Of a stretch of DNA of 39,216 bases, positions 1-9,073 are shown in pieces. The notes below the pieces were generated by a model that was not told the origin of the DNA, did no database searches, and saw only the letters and a program-made list of their open reading frames with translations. Within the stretch, counting starts at the first letter, position 1. Every line of letters begins with the position of its first letter. A program made the position numbers and the translations under genes. Location: NCBI GenBank assembly GCA_019721075.1, contig JAHEAD010000006.1, positions 62,001-101,216 of the forward strand. The letters are read 5' to 3'. Source of the stretch: Candidatus Sysuiplasma jiujiangense (lineage in GTDB: Archaea; Thermoplasmatota; Thermoplasmata; Sysuiplasmatales; Sysuiplasmataceae).

Positions 1-528
1 TCTCCTCGCGCTGTATCCTCCAACCTGTGGTTCTCTTGTCTGCGGAGAACTCGGATTCTCAGTTCTCCCTCCTGTGGTATTCGGAAAGGAACTCCATCGG
101 CGCATCCATGAGCCTGCCGATGAGTTCCTTCCATGCCGGCGATCCCCTGATTGTTGTGTTGCTTCTGGGTATTACGAACACCTTTGTTCCTTCAGAGAAG
201 TCGTCCAGTGTGTACTGTGTGCAGTAATACTGGTCGAGGCGGATGCTCCCGGCATCCGTCAGCGTGATCCCGAGCATCTTGTGTGTGTCGCGGTGTGCAT
301 GTTTCTCCGATTTCACGCCCACACCGTATGCTACGTAGAGTTGTAGAGTTTTGTGCCCAGGTCGAGTATTGCGAATGCATATTCGAAGAGTCTGTGGTCG
401 AGAGTTGTCTTTATGCAGTTGCAGTTCTTGCGCATAGTTCGGTAGTGTCGTGTGATTGGCAGTGAGTAGCCGGTGCCGTCGCCGGTCAGGTTGCCTCTGA
501 CGTGCTTAAGTCTGATCTTTACGATCAT
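1..528 (-). pseudogene. DDE transposase remnant (archaeal ISNCY/ISA1214-like), broken by stops/frameshift and truncated by the IS1182 element
   Basis: Fragments GDGTGYSLPITRHY (331-528), SIRLDQYY and EYHRREN (59-322) resemble archaeal DDE transposases; the 5' end abuts the IS1182 inverted repeat at 530. Confidence 0.6.
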
Positions 529-650
529 GGAGACTGTGTGAAAATCAAATTCCGGAAGTAATTGGATTTTACACAGGACAGCTACACATGTTTGTGAGGA
601 ATTATGTTCTGTTGCCGTGCCTATATGGAAAGGGGTAACAGGGGTAACGT

Positions 651-2153
651 TCAGATTTCTGTCTGTCTGAAGGAGTGCAGGAGAGCGGTTGAGCCCTGCA
701 GGGCAGCTATGAGCTTTGCCGTTCCGACTGTGTTCAGTGCTCTCCTCATGTCATAAGCAATCATGGTCAGGCCAAGTTCACCTTTGACCTTCCTCAGTCC
801 CTTCAGCAGCAGATAACCCTGATTGAACGCCCTCTTCATCGTTCCAAAAGGATGCTCAGACAGCTCCTTTCTCTTCCAGAGCTTCTCTCTGCCTTCCGCA
901 GTCATCATCCTTGAATCCATTTCCTCGACTATCTCCTGGTGCTCCCATCTGTAGATGCGCCTGCCTCTACTGCTTGTTGTGCAGGCAGTCATATGGTATA
1001 GGCAGGACTCGCAGGGTGCATGTCCGTATATGAGAAAACGCTTGTTCTTCCAATGGCCATCGCACATGTACGTGAGTTTTTCGCCTGCCGGACAGGTGTA
1101 TGTGTTTGTGCAGCGGTCATAGACGAATCTGTCCTCACGGAAGCCCGGCCCGGGTATGCCCCTCCTTGCAGCGATCCCTCCCGGAGCACCATGCCTGGGA
1201 ACCGACGGCCTGATGCCGTTGTCGACACATTCCTTCAGCTGCAACACGTCGAAATATCCCTTGTCGGCCACAACCTCCAGACCTGATGCATCCAGTGCTT
1301 CGCCGGCGCCTGTTGCAACAGAAGCGAGCATGCCGTAATCGGTCGGGTTGTTTGTTGCATCATATTCAGCTATGAGCTTATGCTTCGAATCGACAGCAGT
1401 CTGTACATTGTAACAGACATCCAGACCATGCCTGGTCCTCATCAGCCTGCTTTCAGTGTCTGTGAGCGATATCTCTGTCTTTCCTGTCTCCTCCATTTCC
1501 CTGAGCATCCTCTCATAGTCCGCCTTTCTCTGCTTCGCCTTCTCTATCTTCTCCTTCAGAGACTGTCTGTTCAGCGAGTCTTCATCTGTGCTTTCCTGGC
1601 TGTCACGCTCATCCATCTCCTTCATGTACCTGCTTATGGAGGCGTCCACACGCTCTATCCTGTCCTGCAGCTTCTCCCTGTTGACATTCCTCTCCTTCGA
1701 GTTGACTGCCCTGAACTTCGAGCCGTCTATGGAAATGAGCTCCTTGCCGAACAGGCCAATGTCATCACAGAGCTTGACGAACGCCCTGAATACCCTCTTT
1801 ATGCACTCCGCGTTGTCCTTCCTGAAGTCAGCTATCGTCTTGAAGTCGGGCCTGAGCTTCTTCATGAGCCACATGACCTCCACGTTCCTTGAGCATTCAG
1901 CCTCCAGCTTCCTGCTGGAGCGTCTCTGGTTGAGATAGCCGTAGATGTACAGCTTGAGCAAATCGGCGGGATTGTAAGGCGGCCTGCACGTCTCACCGGG
2001 CTCCGCATGAGTGAAACCCATCTCCTGCAGGTCGAGCATGTCCACGAATGCATCAATGAAGCGGACAGGGTTCTCCCCGCCGACATACTCGTCTATAGTC
2101 TCGGGGAAGAGCACGGTCTGCTTCCTGTCCATCCCGCCCACGTAATCGCTCAT
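651..2153 (-). CDS. IS1182-family transposase
   Basis: Motifs PYNPADLLKLYIYGY, SSRKLE, PDFKTIADFR, IDGSKFRA, ADKGY, CPAG, EHPFGTMK; likely ATG at 2153 (MSDYVGG). Confidence 0.93.
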   Translation of the reverse strand: MSDYVGGMDRKQTVLFPETIDEYVGGENPVRFIDAFVDMLDLQEMGFTHAEPGETCRPPYNPADLLKLYIYGYLNQRRSSRKLEAECSRNVEVMWLMKKLRPDFKTIADFRKDNAECIKRVFRAFVKLCDDIGLFGKELISIDGSKFRAVNSKERNVNREKLQDRIERVDASISRYMKEMDERDSQESTDEDSLNRQSLKEKIEKAKQRKADYERMLREMEETGKTEISLTDTESRLMRTRHGLDVCYNVQTAVDSKHKLIAEYDATNNPTDYGMLASVATGAGEALDASGLEVVADKGYFDVLQLKECVDNGIRPSVPRHGAPGGIAARRGIPGPGFREDRFVYDRCTNTYTCPAGEKLTYMCDGHWKNKRFLIYGHAPCESCLYHMTACTTSSRGRRIYRWEHQEIVEEMDSRMMTAEGREKLWKRKELSEHPFGTMKRAFNQGYLLLKGLRKVKGELGLTMIAYDMRRALNTVGTAKLIAALQGSTALLHSFRQTEI

Positions 2154-2154
2154 T

Positions 2155-2367
2155 TCACGCGCCTCCCTTCCTTTTCCGTCCTTCCTTCGCTGGAATATTC
2201 TTCCACTGCTCTTCCGCAATGACAAGGAACACTGTCTTCCCGAGATACTCCTTCGGGCATATCACGGCGGCGCCCGTGCCGTAGCGTACAACCTTCCTCT
2301 TCATGAATCCCAGTATGCCTTCAACACGGAGCGTACTCCTGGCCACAAATTCAACATGTCTTGACAT
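2155..2367 (-). CDS. DUF2080-like transposase-associated small protein
   Basis: KRKVVRYGTGAAVICPKEYLGKTVFLVI; immediately upstream of the transposase and inside the TIRs. Confidence 0.8.
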   Translation of the reverse strand: MSRHVEFVARSTLRVEGILGFMKRKVVRYGTGAAVICPKEYLGKTVFLVIAEEQWKNIPAKEGRKRKGGA

Positions 2368-2523
2368 AATACAGATATAATACATATTATGATTTAATTG
2401 TTGCGCTGCAGGTAGTATCTAGTTTTCACACAGTCTCTATGTATGGACGGCCATCAATGCTCATATGCATGCAACACGATAATATTGTTAAATGCCCATT
2501 AGTCATCCTCTGAGGAACATACT

Positions 2524-2685
2524 ATGTCCCGCGAAATAAAGCTCGATGAAGGCACAATACTACCGAAGGATGAGGTTGAAGTGTTCTATGAGCGGAAGAT
2601 TACAAAATTCGGCAATTCCGCGAAGCTGGATGCGTCCAAGAAATACACAGGAAAGAGAGCCTATGTCATCGTTCTCAAGAAGTAG
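2524..2685 (+). CDS. DUF2080-like small protein (53 aa, below the ORF-track cutoff)
   Basis: Manual translation MSREIKLDEGTILPKDEVEVFYERKITKFGNSAKLDASKKYTGKRAYVIVLKK. Confidence 0.75.
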   Translation: MSREIKLDEGTILPKDEVEVFYERKITKFGNSAKLDASKKYTGKRAYVIVLKK

Positions 2686-2887
2686 CCCGCAAGGAACTTA
2701 TGTCCTACTATCACGCGAGCGGTAAGCCTTTTGAACACGGCAACTTCAGATTAGACATATGTTGTGAATGCCGAAACCTCTCCTATGGGTCAACGTACGC
2801 CATGTTTGACGCGCCCGCTCACTGTTGAGGGTGACCTATGAGTAGACGTGAAAATCTCTTTTACCCAGAAACCTCCTGGACACAGAG

Positions 2888-3625
2888 ATGACAGGCATTT
2901 CGGACCGGTTTGGTGTCAAGGGACTGAGAAGGCTCAATGCCCTGCCTTTACCCAGTCACGAGAAGCACAACATGTTTCTCTACCTTCTGCAGGTCAGGTC
3001 TCTCGTGGTCATGGAGGAGCAGCTTCAGTCGCAGCTGGCTCTCATAGCAAAGGACAGGGATGATGCCGGGCTGCTCATGACCATCCCTGGCATACACTAT
3101 TACACCGCCCTTGGAATAGTCGAGGAAATAGGGGCATAACGAGATTTACCACAAAACACCATCTATGCTCCCGTGCAGCCCTTGTGCCAAGGATTGACAA
3201 CTCGGGCGACAGGGTAAGCAGGCGCAATCACGTCAGGAACGGAGACATCATACTCAAGTCGCTGCTATGCACTGCAGTGCAGGGGATGCTCAAATCTGCA
3301 AAAGAGACAGCCGCTGCAAGGTCTTACTGGAGGAAGGAGAAATCGATAGGTGCCGCAAAGGCTCAGGTTGCAGCGGCCGGAAAACTGGCATGTGTTGTCC
3401 GGGGCAATGCTCATAATTGGCGAACCATATGTGGAAGAGGACAAGGATCTCACTGCACGCAAGACAGTACCGATGGACCAACATGTGATGAATGCCGCAG
3501 CCTTCTCAGAGCAGGAGTTAGTGGATATCACCGAGTTGCTTTGCACAAAGACGGAGATATTGAACAGATCGAAGGAGGATGTAGGAATTGGCCAGGATCA
3601 GGTCGAAGACAAACAGGAAGAATAA
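2888..3625 (+). pseudogene. IS110-family transposase remnant (C-terminal part, multiple frameshifts)
   Basis: LLMTIPGIHYYTALGIVEEIG, PRIDNSG and KAQVAAAGKLACVV spread across different frames. Confidence 0.75.
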
Positions 3626-3708
3626 ATCACAGGGCTCAGAGGGTTTTCACGGGAGTGATTCAAAAGATCTCCGCCCATTCCAGCTATATGCGCTCCGGAA
3701 AATTATCC

Positions 3709-4305
3709 TCAAGAGGAGTGTGCCAACAGTCTTTTCACTCCCCTCATTACATATGTGGGACTCATAGAGAGGTATTTGTCAAGCTTTTTCCGATTGATTT
3801 TTCTTCTAATCATCGTCAGCGTTTCTTCTGAGAGGAATTCACGAAAATAGACAAAGTCGATGAGTGTCTTCTCTGTGTCAGAAACGGGCACCCAGAAGTC
3901 AGGATATCTTACAAGGTCCATACCAAAGAACATCCTTCTGTCAATTCTCCTTACAAGGTAGTTCCTGCCAGCAAAGGTCCTAATACCGGGCACCACACGC
4001 AGTGGTGTGATAACTACCGGATTCGTTTCCTGTTCCCAGAGATCCATGAGTGAAAGTGCTTCCTGTAAGCCATAGTATGAGGGTTTGTATGCAAAACAGA
4101 CGACTTCTACGTCATCCAGGAAGGTGTAATTGCCTTTCGAGATCCTCTTCAGCCTGCCAGTGCCGATCAGATTGTGAACCAGCAGCTTTCGATAATTCGT
4201 CGAAGTATCTAAGCTTGAAAGAAACAAATCAAGTTCAATCGAATTGAAAGAGGGAACTCCAGAAAACGCCTCAATCACATTGCCTACTTTGGTCATTTTG
4301 CCCAC
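3709..4305 (-). CDS. AbiEi-like antitoxin / transcriptional regulator (type IV TA)
   Basis: wHTH-like LKRISKGNY, SYYGLQEALSL, VSDTEKTLIDF; overlaps the end of the AbiEii-like gene. Confidence 0.75.
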   Translation of the reverse strand: MGKMTKVGNVIEAFSGVPSFNSIELDLFLSSLDTSTNYRKLLVHNLIGTGRLKRISKGNYTFLDDVEVVCFAYKPSYYGLQEALSLMDLWEQETNPVVITPLRVVPGIRTFAGRNYLVRRIDRRMFFGMDLVRYPDFWVPVSDTEKTLIDFVYFREFLSEETLTMIRRKINRKKLDKYLSMSPTYVMRGVKRLLAHSS

Positions 4306-4937
4306 CTGGCCATCTCAACCTTCATTCTTTCAAAAGAGGGAGAGACCCCCGAGTAGATTATGGTCTTCAAAACACCCTCGTCTACCGGCGAATCAAGATG
4401 GGTGAGAAACAAAGAGATATCCATCTTGACGGAACCCTTGTCCTCCACAAATTGAAGAAGATGGTAGATGTCATAGAGGTCTCTTATGAATCTACGGTCA
4501 CTGTATGCATGAATCTTTTCCAGGATCATGTTCTCCGCAGACAGTGTCCTGATTTGAAGTGAAGTTCCATCGGCGTTGTGATAAGGGCGCACGATTGATT
4601 CCACCTTCTTCCTGAGATTGACTTCCAGATTCAGGCTCGTACGTCCATCACTGATTGAAGAGAACAGAAGGTTGCCCGTGCTCTTGAATTTAGTAACATT
4701 GAGTCCATGGGATCTGCTCGTCTTCTCAAAATCAGTTTTTAGTGAAAAAAGCGAAGTTGAATAGAAATCAAGATCTTCAGAAAACCTATTCCCTGAATAG
4801 CACCTCCAGATTGCCGTACCTCCGTGCAAAACTGCTCTGTTGTCGAGACTGTAAACTATCTGGGCAATTTCATCTTGCAACCTGGCAACTTCAATCTGGC
4901 TCCTCTTCTTGAGCATTTTGATGATAGGCAATTGCAT
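4293..4937 (-). CDS. AbiEii/AbiGii-family nucleotidyltransferase toxin
   Basis: LHGGTAI, RFSEDLDF, EKIHA and RDLYDIY motifs. Confidence 0.9.
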   Translation of the reverse strand: MQLPIIKMLKKRSQIEVARLQDEIAQIVYSLDNRAVLHGGTAIWRCYSGNRFSEDLDFYSTSLFSLKTDFEKTSRSHGLNVTKFKSTGNLLFSSISDGRTSLNLEVNLRKKVESIVRPYHNADGTSLQIRTLSAENMILEKIHAYSDRRFIRDLYDIYHLLQFVEDKGSVKMDISLFLTHLDSPVDEGVLKTIIYSGVSPSFERMKVEMARWAK

Positions 4938-5422
4938 AGAGTCTAGAATCAATTTAAGATATAAAAAACTATATCTTTCATATATCGGTTTAAGCTACAT
5001 TTTGTTTACTGTTTCAACAACCCATATACCCCCGGGAGTCGAATACAGCACCGGCCATTCTTCGCTCTCATTAATTACTTTTTCTGCAAGTCTGTTCATA
5101 CGCCATCAATCGATTGTGATCTTTGAGGTGCGATCATTAAACTCCCAAGAATTCTTACGTCATCGTGTAGATCAACTCGGTCGTCAACTCGGCTCGAAAC
5201 TTTCTGAACACGGCTAACATGTGGTTACAGATTCCTGTCCCTCTACGATATCCAATCCCCATGCACTCAGTTAGCCACGAACGTTCGGGCATCAGCCACA
5301 TCCACAACCAAAGACTGTTTTCCATTATTGACTGGAATGGAATTTGTATGATTGTCACATCAGAGTCAACCGGTCTGTTGAGTAAGCAATTATGTGTCTA
5401 TATGTAATTGTGTTAATAAATG

Positions 5423-5437
5423 ATGGGTCTGCCCAGA
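5423..5437 (-). repeat. Degenerate tRNA-3'-end (att-like) remnant 1
   Basis: ATGGGTCTGCCCAGA; 14/15 identical to the start of the 8168 site. Confidence 0.5.
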
Positions 5438-5590
5438 CCCACAGAATTCTTTCCAAGAACCACTATTCACTTGCCTGACGTAGCAACAATTCGATTAACT
5501 ACCAAGAATAGTGTCTTGTATTGCACAAAAGCTCCATTTTTATACATCATAATGCACAATATTTATACATCATCATACCCATACAGACTC

Positions 5591-6871
5591 ATGTTCCAAA
5601 AATCGATCCTGAGGACCATCATAACAGATCAGATGCTGGAACCGAAGCTAGTGGATCGCATAGTGGAAAGGAGCCAATTTCATGCTCTGGCCAGCTACGA
5701 AGGGAAGTCTGCATTCGTAATCAAGGGTGTGAGAAGATGTGGAAAGAGCACAATGATGAAGCAGCTGATGGAAACTAACTTCAGCGATTCGTATTTCTAC
5801 CTCAACTTTGATGACGAGCGTTTAGCTGGATTCGAAAGCACCGACTTCCAGACCCTGCTGGAAACATTCATAGAACTCTATGGAGACAGGAGAAACCTGT
5901 TCATGGACGAAATCCAGAACGTAAACGGCTGGGAACTTTTTGTAAACAGGATACTTAGACAAGGTTACAGAGTTTTCATAACAGGATCAAACGCGAATCT
6001 GCTCAGCAAGGAACTGGGAACACGCCTTACCGGAAGACACATTGACGTGGAGCTCTACCCTTTTTCCTTCGTTGAATTCCTGAAAGCAAGAAATGTCAGA
6101 TACAGGCGAATCGGAAAACATTCTACATCCAGTCGAGCAATTTTGCAAAGGGAGTTTATGGCATATCTCCACACTGGGGGTATGCCGGAGGTAGTGCTTG
6201 GGTCGAACAAATCCATTCTTTCCCAACTGATAGCTGACATTGTCCAGAAAGATATAGTTGGAAGGTACGCCTTGAGGAAGTCTCAAGAACTGAGGGTACT
6301 CCTCAGGTTTCTTATTTCGAATGCGGGGAACCCCGTAACTCACCGTTCAATCATGTTGAACCTCGGTATGAAAAGTGCCAATACGGTGGAGAAATACATC
6401 TCTTATGCGGAAGAAACATATCTGGTGTTTGAGGTCAGGAAATTTGAACGAAAATTGAAGAAATTTGACAAGAATCCAAAGAAGGTTTACTGCATCGACA
6501 ACGGAATCATCATAAGAAACTCTCCAGCCTTCGGCGAAAGTGATGGAGCACTCCTCGAGAACATCGTTGCTGTCCAGCTGATGAGGCTTGGTCATGAGTT
6601 CTTCTATTACAAAGGAAGAGACGGATGTGAGGTTGATTTCATCAAGCCTGCAACTGGGGAGGCAATACAGGTTTGCTATGAGCTAAATGAAAAGAATGAG
6701 AAGCGTGAAGTGAAAGGACTTGTGGAGGCAGCAAGAGATTTGAAAATGGATAAGGCGATTATCTTGACGCTTGATCAGGAGGAGGAAATAATCCAAGATG
6801 GCGTTAAAATAGATGTCAAACCTTGCTGGTCCTGGCTCCTTGAGAGCGATGTGGCGGATCAAACGATTTGA
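5591..6871 (+). CDS. AAA_14 / DUF4143 ATP-binding protein
   Basis: Walker A GVRRCGKST, YLNFDDER, Walker B FMDEIQ, ITGS, LTGR, KKVYCIDNG, C-terminal EVDF...IQV; likely ATG at 5591. Confidence 0.9.
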   Translation: MFQKSILRTIITDQMLEPKLVDRIVERSQFHALASYEGKSAFVIKGVRRCGKSTMMKQLMETNFSDSYFYLNFDDERLAGFESTDFQTLLETFIELYGDRRNLFMDEIQNVNGWELFVNRILRQGYRVFITGSNANLLSKELGTRLTGRHIDVELYPFSFVEFLKARNVRYRRIGKHSTSSRAILQREFMAYLHTGGMPEVVLGSNKSILSQLIADIVQKDIVGRYALRKSQELRVLLRFLISNAGNPVTHRSIMLNLGMKSANTVEKYISYAEETYLVFEVRKFERKLKKFDKNPKKVYCIDNGIIIRNSPAFGESDGALLENIVAVQLMRLGHEFFYYKGRDGCEVDFIKPATGEAIQVCYELNEKNEKREVKGLVEAARDLKMDKAIILTLDQEEEIIQDGVKIDVKPCWSWLLESDVADQTI

Positions 6872-7146
6872 ATATAATTCCTCCGTTCAGTCCTCCCGCG
6901 ACAACGTGCAGCTTTGGACGAAAGATGTGTAACCTTCACAGCACTTGCTCCATCTCAACCAACGTCGAGGGAACGTTTTATTCCAACCGGGAACCACTCC
7001 ACACCGATTATTATGGGGACTGACATCATCGAAGTCCGAATAGGCTCTGAATGCATTTCTTCCGGCTTTCGGCTCGATGGCCCGTTTGCAAGTTGTATTG
7101 CTGTTTAGAATGCTTTGTAAATTTTAATATAAACATCTAAAATTTA

Positions 7147-7159
7147 ATGGGTCCGCAGA
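7147..7159 (-). repeat. Degenerate tRNA-3'-end (att-like) remnant 2
   Basis: ATGGGTCCGCAGA, preceded by TA as at 8166; the following bases loosely resemble those after 5437. Confidence 0.45.
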
Positions 7160-7327
7160 CCTACTGCAATATTTCTTCGAATACCCACAAACCCTCAATT
7201 TTGAATTGCACTCTCCGAGTACATCGTGGAGCCATTAGATCCAACAAGCAGAATTTGCAGCTTCATGACTCTACGGAGGATAAGACATATATACTATAGC
7301 CCATTATAGCACATTATAGTGATTTAA

Positions 7328-7546
7328 GTGCCCACGACCATACAGGTAAGCGAAAAACTGCAAAAGGAACTGGCAAAGCGCAAGCTGCACGACAAGGAAA
7401 CATATGAAGATGTCATCTGGGATCTAATGGAAGACTCTCTTGAACTGGATGAAGAGACTAAAAGGGATTTGGCCCAGGCCCGCAGGGAAATCAAGGAGGG
7501 CAGGGTACATACACTAGAAGAGGTCAAGAAGGAATTGGGAATTTGA
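7328..7546 (+). CDS. Putative antitoxin (RHH/CopG-like N-terminus)
   Basis: TTIQVSEKLQKEL...ETYEDVI; acidic C-terminus GRVHTLEEVKKELG; overlaps the RelE-like gene. Confidence 0.8.
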   Translation: MPTTIQVSEKLQKELAKRKLHDKETYEDVIWDLMEDSLELDEETKRDLAQARREIKEGRVHTLEEVKKELGI

Positions 7547-7794
7547 CCTACCAGATACTCTTTTCAGACCTTGCATTCCGGCAGTTGAAGAAACTCGAAG
7601 CGGCAACGAGAGAGCGTATAATTGCATCGCTTGAAAGGATCAGGGTCAGACCGGAAACATATTTGAAGAAACTGGTAGGGGATGAAGGCTTCAGACTAAG
7701 GGTGGGAGATTACAGAGTGATAGTGGAACTGGACAATGAGAAACTCATTGTGCTGGTTCTCAGAATAGGGCACAGAAAAAAAGTATATGGCTGA
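7543..7794 (+). CDS. relE: RelE/ParE-family toxin
   Basis: RQLKKL, KKLVG, FRLRVGDYRVI, IGHRKKVY. Confidence 0.9.
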   Translation: MTYQILFSDLAFRQLKKLEAATRERIIASLERIRVRPETYLKKLVGDEGFRLRVGDYRVIVELDNEKLIVLVLRIGHRKKVYG

Positions 7795-8167
7795 TGTGAG
7801 AAACGTTGCTACCCGCTACCCCATGAATCCCTAAATCAGCTTTAATCCCGAACCCTGTAAATAATTAATGCACCGGATCTTGGCTAGACTTACGAGAAAC
7901 AGTCTATGAGTCTATCCTTCTCTCTACTAACCTTCGTGACTGTTCCAATGTAATTAGAATGAAGAGCGCGATTCATGCGAGTGATCGTTTGCCCAAAGAG
8001 GGCACCTTAGTAATGTCACGAATCCTGTGTAAGCACCGGATAACTCTTGTCAAACATCTCTTGAATCTATTCACCGAAGGCGCCTTGAGCCTGGCAATGA
8101 GGCAATCTGCAAAGCAGGTGGGAAAAATTGGCAGTTAACAGGATCTAAATACAAAAATTATTATATA

Positions 8168-8189
8168 ATGGGTCCGCCCAGATTTGAAC
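8168..8189 (-). other. tRNA 3'-end fragment, probable attachment site of the downstream integrated element
   Basis: Reverse complement reads G-TTCAAAT-CTGGG-CGGACCC-A: T-loop, T-stem 3' strand, acceptor 3' strand and discriminator A; no 5' half present; isotype not determinable. Confidence 0.7.
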
Positions 8190-8329
8190 GATAATTGGTT
8201 TGAACCCATATGTATTTTACGGTTTTCGAACAGAATTTATCCTGCATTTCGAGTAATGCTCGGCACTCGTTCCGACGGCACTTCCCTCATCTGCAGGTCG
8301 TATGCTGTAATCCCTGAACCCCCTTATCA

Positions 8330-9011
8330 ACGCTTTCATGGCATCCTGCAATTGTTTGTTCTCTGCGGCATTGCCGGTTGCGTCCTCCCCACCGCGTCAG
8401 CGAGGCATTCCTCGAATTTGTTCTCAGGGGGGGGAAGCGATCATCTGCCAGCGGTGCGATTCATACTTGTCTATGCCGAGGTCCTTGAGCCTGGGTGGGA
8501 CATCGGTTGCATGATGCAACCGATGGGCAAAGCTACCTTTTCGTTTCTCCATCACCTTCAGGAACTACCCGCCTTGCTCTCTTCTTGTCTATGGTAATGT
8601 CCTTGAGTCTGGCCGGGAGATCGGTTGCATCATGTGACCGATCCTTTTTATCTGGCTCGGGCACATCCTTTCTCATTCTGAACGGAAAAGGCAGATTTTG
8701 AGCAGTTTGACCGAAATAGGAAAACTTTCCGAATCCGGTCAAACCGAGGCAAAACACCTGTCGGACTTCGAACCGCCTGTCTACAGCAATCAACCCAGGC
8801 ATGGAAACCTGTGAAAGTCTTCTTCGTCCTGCAGCAGGAGCGCATATGTCACGAGAAGGTCGAGCTTCATGTCGTCGGCAATCGTTTCAATGTCCTTTCC
8901 CTCGTGAAATGCAGATTTTACAAGTTTTACCGTTTTCGGTATTTCTTGTAAATGCTGTGCCACGGCCTGCTGCGTCAGTCCCACGGCCTCCCAATATCCC
9001 TCTGCTTCCAT
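8330..9011 (-). pseudogene. Fragmented remnant resembling N-terminal regions of mobile-element DNA methyltransferase/ParB-like proteins
   Basis: Pieces VGLTQQAVAQHL, RSHDATDLPARLKD and RLKDLGIDKYESHRWQMIA in broken frames. Confidence 0.35.
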
Positions 9012-9073
9012 TCTGCCGGCCTTTGAGAAAGGGTAAAGAATTATTCATGTCGGTTCCATACCTGAATACATAT

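Larger units (their letters stand above)
530..2437 (-). mobile_element. IS1182-family insertion sequence with a DUF2080-like accessory gene
   Basis: Perfect 15-bp TIRs GAGACTGTGTGAAAA (530-544) and TTTTCACACAGTCTC (2423-2437) enclose the transposase; flanks CATG/TATG are not a perfect TSD. Confidence 0.9.

Noticed and set aside
7990..8120. VapC/PIN toxin remnant on the minus strand (FADCLIA, VLTQD)
   Set aside because: Two short motifs in different frames; too weak to call.
8168..8189. Intact tRNA gene
   Set aside because: Only the T-loop to discriminator is present; no D-arm, anticodon arm or 5' acceptor strand is adjacent.
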